Origin: a virus
Taxonomy: Duplodnaviria > Heunggongvirae > Uroviricota > Caudoviricetes
DNA: 64,000 bases
Strand: one strand, 5' to 3'
Virus record (IMG/VR): IMGVR_UViG_2843020057_000001
Span: 10,516-74,515 of that record
How positions within the stretch are numbered: the stretch's first letter is position 1; each line of letters opens with the position of its first letter. Both the position numbers and the translations under genes were made by a program. The notes below the pieces were generated by a model, which saw only the letters and a list, made by a program, of their open reading frames with translations, was not told the DNA's origin and ran no database searches. This document shows positions 11,801 through 19,800 of the stretch, piece after piece.

Positions 11801-12937
11801 GGTTGGGTTTATGTTGATGTCACTGGTAACAATAATGATCGCTTGAAACAAGAGGTTTATCAAGACAATGGCTATGAACATAGATCCAGACGATGGACTG
11901 GTAGTGGTTGGACTGAATGGACAACAGATGTAAACAATAAAAATGTTGTTTCGCAAATTAATATTACCCCTGATCAGATTAAAATTGCGTCGAATAAGAT
12001 TGTTATTGATGGTAACACTGATATCCATGGCGATTTAAGAACGGATAGAGTACGCCTTGTTGGTAAACAGGGTTTGATTGATATGACTGGTGATGATGGA
12101 ATGAGAATGGCTAACAAGAATGGTAGCTCTATTCTTATCGGGAACGGGAATATTGATTTAATGTATAACAATGATTTTCGAATGAATATTGATAGTTCTA
12201 TGATGACCCTTCTAAAAAAGGAAAGTTCTTTGGGCCAAAATAATCCAATAGCCATAGGAAGTATTGGAACTTCATTTTATGCAAATGATAAAAGAAGGGG
12301 AATGCAAATCCTCTATACTCCGGGCAAAGACGACTGGAGTTATAGAGGTGCTGATTATTTAGGCATCGGTTATTCTTTAGAGAATCAGGGAGCACAGGGT
12401 CAAAGAAAAATATACGATCAACTTGAATTATATCGCCAAGATACAACAATAAATGGTCATTTGAAGAGGAAGGGTATCCATGTACAAGATGCATTACATC
12501 TTTCTAATGGACTACAAATATATTTAGAAAACAAGGATAATAATATACAAGATCCAATCAAATTTATAGGTAGCAAGTACGCTGCATCCTCGCAAGCTGA
12601 ATACACTCAACCCTATTTAACCTTGGGGTATTCCAATAGTACGGGGAATGCTGGTTTAGGCATTAATTGGTGGGAATTAATTCCTACTGGAAGAATAAAC
12701 AGTAGTTACTCTTATATGTCGGCACATGGAACAGATGGGGAAGATGGACTAACTGTAAGTTGGTATTCATGGCCTGGCTGGTATGGGGGAAGAAAAGCCC
12801 CGTCAATTGTATATAAAGGAAAAGATGGCTCGCTAAAGAATGGTGGATTTGTATTCTATCCAGGTGGAGAAGTTTGTTTTTGGCAAGGTGACTTTAGATC
12901 TAATTTTAGATGGAGCGGAATAAAACAAACAGATTAA
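5801..12937 (+). CDS. Giant tail fibre/receptor-binding protein (2378 aa) with about 8 CBM-like modules and 2 knob-like repeats
   Basis: N-terminal GDL..LKT.SK..LV.AINEL fibre motif, then coiled coil; repeated NL(L/I)...W.P.P(E/D)D beta modules; duplicated GHYFVRNL...GWVYVDVTGNNNDR block; C-terminal beta-rich tip. Confidence 0.8.
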   Translation: MMEKTIKYLENGEYHYATVRSVGDLAQLKTNSKETLVEAINELWNGGGNADLSKAPKPEGYDQLVQDVADAVKNQQEISQQWIEWQNEEAQLTEERKQAYLQAMKEMQEAIDKAKADAAALDDKTTKLDEQITKTFSDLDTSIQNMHEQLQKEADRMDQELIDTKSDLTKVRTDLQNAQLDNGRIHDELTNINGKFEHKVWQTDLDPLKEQIDRAETSVQQTKDELLGKASRQDLDTVTNTVSKLDTQLKETAKGVEISVKKDELGGEIAEALTNKTNILLGTRRFTTNNWQQREHVEMCSDPWKGFLVAKQNSPIEGIQQAYDVKAGTTYTFSLFAKMDTLDDSNKPQIILAKTNLDTSLDTKIDVWRKEIEDITSDFKRYDLTFTPSEDCTIYPHVISNSNNPIFVCGYQLEIGKTSTPWEPNQEDVGDYVEKSEAQFNVYNDKIQALTEKQRQQGDTQEKLRTEVTQTAEGTRQVSENLKKTNDDITKLRGEFEVKADHMKSEYETYTNKAVGQISDSTLNLIRNSSFQNKDEDFAQWQNVSAKANVRQDENGLRWVELTQSGMTTDNIIGLTSNYFNIKQGKVTVAVDIKSGTKADLDIESVLTLELYDENKKRVDFTRLTLNDLGLNKSLLGDHQVHRGLYRLGIDRNDAKYMTVKALLARNGDLYFTNFSARLSSIDDGAYEPNPDDLNQQILKQNTKIEQNAKEVAIKANSVDVTRDIKSAVDNVQVGGTNLANKTNQGTINWMCDPGNGTTNLTEININGNRGVRFNNTRKTTSWWVAKYALDLNKFEPSTDYVVSFDIRTPMNVEFYGSMFDIAGGDSTNGYFTDTSIHGVIPANKLTHISVSKHTKDNFDKDHYQSFYLNSWNLSRCDWVDFVNFKIEKGNKGTNYSPAPEDVSAEIKSVKDAAIQVASDQINLHVNELSTQFDDKLNKRINEQKTASEKFTSDGIEQVVTKVTNVKNDVDRLGDTVNSVGSRNLLHNTSNQWRTLANDGDWLQKTTASSCWTSVADYHGGDKFTYAAKITNNSHQQAELEIWLCDQNKNLINGQAFHAPIPKGANAYDANVTFPITTGTWYIRSWIIFTGGHAPKGDIVQVKDERLVEGATPGSWTPNPDDINQQITNTNKKIDTQTIDSANIDQMLTQGHYFVRNLTGNPIGGWVYVDVTGNNNDRIRQDVYADQNNQHKYRSWNGSRWSGWEQGAYISDVNNVKTEVTASVKNLGDRVTTEVDSITTRQNNFENEAKEQHSNDVELVRKSDFEDGSKGNWTVTGVVPATNPAPPAELGQYGMKVLQTNIRDAYEDGIWYSVKPGEKFDVDFWCAPSSAFHTAFGLCFTDKNKENWNWQGIQTDQSGQWKHYTGTIAAPTNAAFARPWYQMDKPANNTTNSSWIAKPHIRRQNPQVAEKISELNTKWDVANGQIQGKVTETQVNNILNGKGYATQSWAQTMFQMKSDSITLQAVRDNITNGIQNQVNNIDQKLNNTKIGNKNLFVGTNRGDYGWMISPGSGETSKGSLYIDGENGVRFTNSRKTTSWWVIQFPFDMNKLKPNTSYTISFDIRTPQDRNENVFIGLARGDSSGSPFVESPYKAIHTKANQFVHITQTLTTISNFEKNQQAFYLNNAGIGQCDWVDIVNLMMVEGTQSAEWSPAPEEVGSGQNLLRGTADFSWPTGLGTNGNFNTSFERFDDTSIAFHLWGSKGGGIYTKWGGAFPDGQLQVGETYTFSFDIKGSGTFASIGNESHDTNARGLQVPGDWQRVSISGTIKALDKAFIIYFRDNFDVRIKNVKIERGSKATPWTPHPFDDKDKGVNLLKSTAYWNPADWNHISDNVWYDDNWTDNLGHKAYGHHTAWQGLGQTVYVTPGVYTWSAQIYLNGLDSNDSVYPYMGDGQYNGTAQVQDIRKPMLGVNDQNRWIDYSTTFYVKNAGNLCVRPELNRDHGTIHVGSQKLEHGMVATPWSPSPLDDKTATITLDSADINSMKTQGHYFVRNLANSPIAGWVYVDVTGNNNDRLKQEVYQDNGYEHRSRRWTGSGWTEWTTDVNNKNVVSQINITPDQIKIASNKIVIDGNTDIHGDLRTDRVRLVGKQGLIDMTGDDGMRMANKNGSSILIGNGNIDLMYNNDFRMNIDSSMMTLLKKESSLGQNNPIAIGSIGTSFYANDKRRGMQILYTPGKDDWSYRGADYLGIGYSLENQGAQGQRKIYDQLELYRQDTTINGHLKRKGIHVQDALHLSNGLQIYLENKDNNIQDPIKFIGSKYAASSQAEYTQPYLTLGYSNSTGNAGLGINWWELIPTGRINSSYSYMSAHGTDGEDGLTVSWYSWPGWYGGRKAPSIVYKGKDGSLKNGGFVFYPGGEVCFWQGDFRSNFRWSGIKQTD

Positions 12938-12948
12938 TAGAGGAAATT

Positions 12949-13263
12949 ATGGAAAAAATAGTCTTATTAAGAGAAGTAGTAAGTGATGGTGACAGCCAAA
13001 TTGCAATTTTAGAAACCTATCTAAGAGGTGATGGATCAACTCCAATGATTCAAGCGATGGGTGGAAGAGATAGTAATATTATTGGTTATAAAGATAATGG
13101 TGAACCAATTATTCGTCAGAACGAAGATGAATTGATTAAAACTGCAAAAATAAAATTAATGGCCGAAGCCATAAAAGAACAGAAAAAATTATGTGTTGAA
13201 AATGGTGTGGATCCTGATTTGGTAAATATGATAGGGCTAGAAAAGAAGGTAAATAATGAATAA
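12949..13263 (+). CDS. Hypothetical phage protein (possible fibre accessory)
   Basis: ATG 12949 after AGAGGA, inside ORF 12910..13263. Confidence 0.55.
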   Translation: MEKIVLLREVVSDGDSQIAILETYLRGDGSTPMIQAMGGRDSNIIGYKDNGEPIIRQNEDELIKTAKIKLMAEAIKEQKKLCVENGVDPDLVNMIGLEKKVNNE

Positions 13264-13468
13264 CCAACAACAACAAACAGGCAAGGCAGAAAAGGTAGCA
13301 AGTAAGTTAATTAACAAGTTAGCGTTAACAGAATTGGAGTTAGCTAATCGTGAAGTTGATATTGATGAACTTAATGAAAAAATTCAACAATTAACTCAAG
13401 CTAATCAACAACTTTCTGCTGAAAATCAACAACTTAAAAGTAACCAAGAAACTAAAACAGAAGAATAA
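13256..13468 (+). CDS. Small coiled-coil phage protein
   Basis: 70-aa heptad-rich ORF coupled to the previous gene. Confidence 0.6.
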   Translation: MNNQQQQTGKAEKVASKLINKLALTELELANREVDIDELNEKIQQLTQANQQLSAENQQLKSNQETKTEE

Positions 13469-13489
13469 GAAGAAAAGGGGAATATTAGC

Positions 13490-13768
13490 ATGGCTTTACG
13501 CAAAACTAAATCAACATCATTAACTGGTGAATCAGTAATCAATGGCACTACTGTTGTACGCATGACTGCTAGTTTATCAACGAGTGGTGGTTCAGATTCA
13601 GTAAATCAATATGTTCAAAATGTAGACTTATATAATGCAAACAAGCGTGACGTGCGTAAGGATATCTCTGCATTTCAAGAATATGTATATGAGCAACAAG
13701 ATGCTATTGATGCAGAACTTGAAGCTGATAAGGAAGCTGCCGTTTCTGAAAAGAAAGAAGCTCAATAA
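13490..13768 (+). CDS. Conserved small lactobacillus phage protein of the kind found before lysis genes
   Basis: AAAAGGGG RBS; MALRKTKSTSLTGES...YNANK..VR.D...FQ pattern recalled from Lactobacillus phages. Confidence 0.6.
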   Translation: MALRKTKSTSLTGESVINGTTVVRMTASLSTSGGSDSVNQYVQNVDLYNANKRDVRKDISAFQEYVYEQQDAIDAELEADKEAAVSEKKEAQ

Positions 13769-13866
13769 AACAAGGCTTTTACCAGCATATTTGGTCTTCG
13801 AAAACGCCTAATATACTGGATATTTCGTCGCCTAAGAAATTCACAGTTCCTTAATTAGGGGCGGCC

Positions 13867-14151
13867 ATGATCGGTGGTGACAGCATGGACAAAGATAAAG
13901 AGCTTGAACTACTAATGGATATTCAAGAAAAAGTCGGTCGAATTGACGAGAGACTTAAAAAAGTTGAAGATACAGATCGCAAAGCGGAAGAGGCGATTCG
14001 TTTAAGTGAAAAGAATGAAGAAAAAATTATTGAGCTTTCCGCAGCAGTTGAAGAACTTAAGGAAGGTCGAAAGTGGACCCAAAGAACTGCCATTGGTGCC
14101 ATTATCAGTGCCGCAATTGCAGTTTTATCTTGGATTCACCCGCCATTCTAA
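13867..14151 (+). CDS. XhlA/BhlA-like holin-accessory protein
   Basis: Coiled coil followed by KWTQRT and a C-terminal transmembrane helix (AIGAIISAAIAVLSWI). Confidence 0.6.
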   Translation: MIGGDSMDKDKELELLMDIQEKVGRIDERLKKVEDTDRKAEEAIRLSEKNEEKIIELSAAVEELKEGRKWTQRTAIGAIISAAIAVLSWIHPPF

Positions 14152-14164
14152 AGGAGTAAATAAA

Positions 14165-14434
14165 ATGAAAAAAGTATTGAATTTAATTAAAAATAAGGTA
14201 GTTAAGCCAGATGGAACACTTAATGGGAAGATCATTAGTGGTTTAGTAGCACTAATCATTGTATTTGTACAACAAATCTTTGCCTGCTTTGGAGTTCAAC
14301 CAAAAGGTGATGTGACTGCTTTTGTTGGACTTGCTAATACAGCGTTGACTATTCTCGGATTAGTTGGAGTATTGAGTGATCCAACGCCTGTAGAAGTTCT
14401 TGTTAAAGCGGAAAATAAAGTGTCTGAAAAATAA
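14165..14434 (+). CDS. Phage holin (phiLC3-like, two TM segments)
   Basis: ATG 14165 after AAAGGAG; KIISGLVALIIVFVQQI...ILGLVGVLSDPT matches the family pattern. Confidence 0.75.
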   Translation: MKKVLNLIKNKVVKPDGTLNGKIISGLVALIIVFVQQIFACFGVQPKGDVTAFVGLANTALTILGLVGVLSDPTPVEVLVKAENKVSEK

Positions 14435-14437
14435 TTC

Positions 14438-14486
14438 CGAGAATTTTTCGACATTTAATGACAGCGCTTACGGGATATGATATAAT
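14438..14486 (+). promoter_or_regulatory. Promoter with a degenerate copy of the 27-bp phage motif
   Basis: ATGACA-N17-TATAAT with extended TG; 14438-14464 matches the 38766 motif at 18/27 in the same register. Confidence 0.55.
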
Positions 14487-14524
14487 ACAAAATTGTGGTA
14501 CGAACGGGAAACGGAGAGTACACA

Positions 14525-15127
14525 TTGGTACAATTTAATAGTTTTTATAATGATCCAAATAATCGACAAATTCTTGAGGTTATTAATACACCTACGGGTG
14601 CTGTTACAATCTTTGAACCGTCAAAAGACGATGTTAATAAGATAATGCAACTCAAAGAAATGGTAGATGCATTTAATCAAGAAAATGTCGATGAAAATTT
14701 ACTAGATATTAATGGGACTACAATCCTAAAAGAATTGATCCCTCTTCTTACAGATTTGGAAATTGATCCAGACATGACTGATGAAGAAATGGCTCAAATT
14801 ATTGAAAATCCTACGGTGGAATTAAGTTTAATTACATCAGTTCTTTCAAGTGTAGTAACAAATATCTATACGTTAATGATTATGAACTTTAAGAATAATC
14901 TAGAATTACGTAATATGGTAGATCAAACTGAAGAGATTTCTGATAGTGCTTTAGCTATGTTTATTTCTAAACAGTCTAAGACTGACGAAGGACGTAAACA
15001 AATCGAAGAGATCAATAAGCAATCAGATAAGATCGTTAAGATGGAAACGGCTATTAAACAAGCTGAAGAAAAAACAAACGCAAAACCAGAGGAAGAGTCG
15101 CAAACTTCCGAAAAACAAGCTGGTTAA
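14525..15127 (+). CDS. Hypothetical tail-region protein (YomO-like position)
   Basis: TTG 14525 after GGAGAG, in frame with ORF 14495..15127. Confidence 0.55.
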   Translation: MVQFNSFYNDPNNRQILEVINTPTGAVTIFEPSKDDVNKIMQLKEMVDAFNQENVDENLLDINGTTILKELIPLLTDLEIDPDMTDEEMAQIIENPTVELSLITSVLSSVVTNIYTLMIMNFKNNLELRNMVDQTEEISDSALAMFISKQSKTDEGRKQIEEINKQSDKIVKMETAIKQAEEKTNAKPEEESQTSEKQAG

Positions 15128-15148
15128 TAAGAAATAAAATGGTACATA

Positions 15149-15209
15149 AAAATAGCGCAAGTAATGAAATGGACAGGAGATAGTCCATCTTTTTGCTTAC
15201 GCTATTTTT
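15149..15209 (+). terminator. Long hairpin, probable terminator
   Basis: AAAATAGCG...ATGGAC/GTCCAT...CGCTATTTTT nested stem. Confidence 0.5.
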
Positions 15210-15233
15210 GATTTTAAACAAGGAGGTTATTTT

Positions 15234-15758
15234 ATGTCTAGTTTTGTTATTGAAGGTACTTTAACCGTAGACATAAGTGGCCTAGAAGGATTGGCAGGAG
15301 AAATTCGCTCTGTAAGTATTAAGGCGCTTCAGGGTGAAATAAGAAAAGTAGCAGATCAAATATTAAGAGAATTAGTTGAGAAAGATTGGCCGGCAGGTCG
15401 GGCTTCTCCAGGATACGTTTCAACTGGTGAGTTAGTAGATGCCATCAATGTAACGGGTGGTGGGACTAGTTTATCTATTGAAATGGATGGTTCTCGTATG
15501 AGTATGAGTCCTCTAAGCACAGGAAATAGTGCAAACGGAGACTGGGGTGGAATTGAAAGCTGGGGAATCCATATGGGTGTACAGTCTCAGCCATTTAATG
15601 ACGAGATGCCAGCATATCTTAACTATGGTGGTGGCGGACTTGTTCCACATCAAGGTACTCACTATTTTGATAATGCCTTTTCTAAATATGTAGAAATAAT
15701 TCCTAAACTCCTTGCTGATGCTCTTCGTGCTGCTGGGTTTGAAGTATCTGGCGCATAA
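15234..15758 (+). CDS. Hypothetical tail-region protein (YomN-like position)
   Basis: AAGGAGG RBS; 174-aa ORF directly before the recombinase. Confidence 0.6.
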   Translation: MSSFVIEGTLTVDISGLEGLAGEIRSVSIKALQGEIRKVADQILRELVEKDWPAGRASPGYVSTGELVDAINVTGGGTSLSIEMDGSRMSMSPLSTGNSANGDWGGIESWGIHMGVQSQPFNDEMPAYLNYGGGGLVPHQGTHYFDNAFSKYVEIIPKLLADALRAAGFEVSGA

Positions 15759-15770
15759 GAGGGGATATAT

Positions 15771-16799
15771 TTGAAACGAAAAGAAGGATTAACGTATCAA
15801 ACAAAAAGCGATAGAAAAATCGTAAGATACGCAACGAAAGCAAGAATGGCAAAAGTAAATCCTAAAAACATTAAGATTTACGAGCGCTATCTTAAGAGTC
15901 GAATCATTCACAATTCTGACGTTAAAGATACTACATATAAGGTTTATCACTCTTATATGAATATCTTCATGTGTTATATTGCAGAAGAATGGGACAATTT
16001 TTATCTTTTGGATGAAGATATGTTAGAAGATGAAATGATCGATGTAATGGAAGGCTATATGGCTTTCCTTGCCGATGAATGTGGTAATGGTAAAAAAGTC
16101 ATTAACACTAAATTAAGTGCTGTATCCAGTTTCTACCTATGGGCAACTAAGCGAGGAATGATTCGAAGTCATCCTTTTGATGGAAAATTAGACCGTATTA
16201 AGAATGCTCAAGATGAAAAGAAGATTTCAGTTCACTTTTTACACGAAGACAAGATTAATCAAATCTATAAAACTCTTGAAGAAGAAGCGGAACCTGAGGG
16301 AGCAAGATATGATTATCAAGATAGATTGATTTGGGAGATTGCTTTTTATAGTGCTTGTCGTATCGGGGCATTATATAACTTAAGTTTGTCTAATCTGAAA
16401 CTTGATGAAAATAAATTCGTTGATATCAGAGAAAAGCGCGGAAAGCGAGTGGAAGTTCCATTCACAAATGAAACCAAGGAATTAATTAAGAAGTTCCTTA
16501 AGTGGCGTGAAGATAATGGAATTGATACAGATGCGTTCTTTGTTAATCGTTTAGGTGGTCATATGAGTAAACAGGCCATGTCAATCCGTATTCGCAAAAT
16601 AGGAGAAATTGTTGGTGTCGGTGATTTCAGAGCTCACAGTATTCGTAAGAGTCGATTAAACCAAGTTGGACAAAAAAATATTGAATTAGCCAAGCAATTA
16701 GCACACCACGAATCAATGGATACAACAGCACGCTTCTATATGGAAAAGAAGAGTGAAACAGCAACATTGAAAGAAATCGATGCATTGCTTTCAGAATAA
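15771..16799 (+). CDS. Tyrosine recombinase (XerC/D-like; SPbeta YomM-like position before the tape measure)
   Basis: Catalytic set visible: R (SACRIGAL), K (EKRGK), HxxR (AHSIRKS), H (LAHHES), Y (ARFYM); has an N-terminal domain. Confidence 0.9.
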   Translation: MKRKEGLTYQTKSDRKIVRYATKARMAKVNPKNIKIYERYLKSRIIHNSDVKDTTYKVYHSYMNIFMCYIAEEWDNFYLLDEDMLEDEMIDVMEGYMAFLADECGNGKKVINTKLSAVSSFYLWATKRGMIRSHPFDGKLDRIKNAQDEKKISVHFLHEDKINQIYKTLEEEAEPEGARYDYQDRLIWEIAFYSACRIGALYNLSLSNLKLDENKFVDIREKRGKRVEVPFTNETKELIKKFLKWREDNGIDTDAFFVNRLGGHMSKQAMSIRIRKIGEIVGVGDFRAHSIRKSRLNQVGQKNIELAKQLAHHESMDTTARFYMEKKSETATLKEIDALLSE

Positions 16800-16898
16800 A
16801 ATATCCATTTTATAAAGTTGTAATTAACAATTTTATACTTTAAACCGCAGAAGAATGGTACAAACGCAAAATCATTTCTTTTAGGCGGGTGAAATATA

Positions 16899-19800
16899 TT
16901 GGCAAGTAAAGAGCTGTCAATAAAAGTTAAAGTTAACCTCCCAACAGCAGGGGAAATTGAAAATCAAATTCAACGTTCTCTTCGTGGGTTAAAGGATATT
17001 AAGGTTGACGCAAATGTAAAATTAAAAGTTGGCAAACTTGGCAATCTCAAACGCCAACTAAGAAATGCTCTTGGTAAAGAAAACTTTAGAGTAAACGCAA
17101 ATGTTAAAGTACATGGAATGTCCGAATTAAATCGGGTGTCCAGTAAATTAAAAGAAATTAGACGTTTAGCAAATGAACCAATTAAGTTAAACGTTGATAT
17201 GGGTGGACATAACTTTGATAAGTCCATCGAAGAGGCACGGCGAAAAGCTAATAAAGAGTTAGAGAATATTAGTCCTCATTCTTCAAGTGCAATGCTTACT
17301 GCTCAAAAAGAAATGCGAGCGCAACAACGTGCAATTGAAAAAGCACAGAAAGAATACTTAAGAGCCCAAAATCAAGCAGTAAAAGCTAGTGACGAGCGTA
17401 TTAAACAGAATATGCAACATTATGCTAGTCAGGTTGCCAAACAACAGGAAGAGGCAGAAAGACAGTACGCTACAGCTGCTAGAAGAGCTGGATTAAGTGA
17501 TTCAGAAATAAGCAAGAACGTTCTTGGCTTTAGAGAACAACCTAAAGCTAGAATGACTCTCAAGAACACTGAAATTGAACAACAGTTAAAAAGAGACGCA
17601 GAAGCGTTTAGGAGATACAAAAGTGCATTAAATGACGTCACTAAAGCGCAAATGACCCTAGCCAAAGGTGGTTTAGGCGACAATGTATTTGCCGAAGTTC
17701 AGAGACAAGCTGGGGCGGCAGAAAAGAAGGTGCGATCTCTTGAAAGTGCTATAAGGAAAACAAGGTATGCATCTCAAGCATCAGATCTAAGAGAAGCTTC
17801 TGACGCAAGAATTAGAATGACGCGAGCTCAGGCCGCAGATCGAGCAGATGCAAAAGCACGCCGAGGAAAAAAGTCCTTTACGGGTATGGTGAATACCTTA
17901 AACACTTGGGACGTATTACAAAATGGTGTATATGGAGCTGCTGCTGTTGTAAATGGCTTAAATGAAGTTGATAAGGCCATTACAAAAGTTACAAAAGTTG
18001 TTCCCGACAGTCAAGCAGCGGTAAATAGATGGAAGAAGAATATCTATAAGGATGCTTCAGAAGTTGGTAAGACTGCTCCAGAATTTGCTGCTGCTGTAGA
18101 ACAATGGGCAACAGCCGGATATAATCTTAAACAATCAAATCGTCTTGCAAAGGCGTCAGTTATGGGTTCTTTCGTTGGTGAAGTGCCTGTAGAAGACATG
18201 GTTAGGTATATGTCTGTGCCAATGAAAGCTTTCCGAAAAGAAGGTATTAAGTCCAAAGATATTATTAACGCAATGAACCAAGTTTCTAACAAACATGCCA
18301 TTGAAATGAATGACTTGGGGGCTGCATATCAGAAAGCTAGTTCAACAGTTGGTGCTACTGGAACTAAGTTCTCACAACTAACAGGTATTATTACAGCTGC
18401 TCAAGAAGGTACTCGTGCGGGTGGAGATATGATTGGAACCGCATATAAGACGATTGGTTCACGTCTTGCTAAGATGGGTGCTGGATTAACAAAGCAGGAT
18501 CAAACCCGTGCAGCGTTCTTTAAGAAGTTGGGTGTTGATTTAACTGACAGCAATGGAAAGTTGAAATCTACTTGGCAAATTATGGATCAGTTAGGTAAGC
18601 AATGGGATAAGTTAGATAGTAAAGACAAAAACACCGCTGCCCAATATGCCGCTGGAGCGAACCATGCTAACATTTTCCAAGCTACGATGGATAATTGGAA
18701 AACCGCACGTAAAGCCATGAAAGAAGCACAAGCTCAGGTTGATTTAAAAGATAAAGATCATGGTTCTGCATATCAAGAATTCGAGAAGCAGAAACAATCA
18801 ATCGAATTCCAACTAGCTTCATTAAAGAATACATGGATGTCCTTCTTAAATAACATCTCTGGTGGTAGAGAAGGAATTTCCCAAATTCTTCAAAGTCTTA
18901 ATGGCATCGGATCTATCGCAGATAAACTTGCTTCAAATAAGCTATTCTCGCAAGCTATTAGATGGGGTGCAATCACTGCTGGTATAGTTATGGCACGTAA
19001 TGCAATAACGGGAATGGTTAAAAGCTTTGCAAGTATTGGAAATGCTGGAAAAGGAATCGAGAGTCTTAAATCTAGATTCACCAATGTTGGAAGTTCTGTT
19101 TCTGAATTAAGGACAAAAATTCGTGAATTAAGAGCAGAATTAGATGGCTTAAACGCCAAAGGTTTTAAGTCAAAAACAAAGCTAGATAGAAATGCAGAAG
19201 GAAGAACCAAGGGAGAGTATACAGGTAAAGACGTAGGTTTAATTAAATACTCTATTCCAGAGAATGATGTCCTCCAAACTAGACGTGGAGCCCGAAGACA
19301 ATATGGTCTATCTAAGAAGCATCCAACTCATTTTGCTCCAAAGGAACTTGCAAAAGAAAATGAAGATTTAGCAAAATCATATTCAAATGTTACTCCTGCA
19401 ATTAGTAGAGCAGAACAAAAACTAAAAGACACCAATGGGACTCTTTCTAAAGGAACTAAAGCAACTGCTAAATTAGGAAAAGTCATGGGTGTTGCTGGTA
19501 GTGTACTGGGAGTAATTGGTAGTGGACTTGGTGTCGTTGGCTTAGGTATTGATGCGATTACTATTGCGTCAGGAGCCTTAGAAATGATGGGTGTTCATCC
19601 ATGGGAGCTTATCCGAAAGGCAATTAAGCCGGCCCAGGCTAATGCCGAAGCATTTAGTAAATCTATGCAGAAAATTCATTCTGATATTGGAAATGTTAAT
19701 TCTGGCTTAAAGGACAATGTACTATTTAATGGCACTGCTGAAAAGTCAAAAAAGAGTCTTTCTGGATTAGACAAAGTCTTAAAAGGCGTTACAGACGGTT

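Noticed and set aside
5801-16799. Shufflon or diversity-generating retroelement acting on the fibre
   Set aside because: No reverse transcriptase, no inverted alternative C-termini and no adenine-specific TR/VR pair; the repeats are direct and in frame
16800-16840. Chromosomal dif site
   Set aside because: Partial match to a XerD arm only; no XerC arm at the right spacing in very AT-rich DNA
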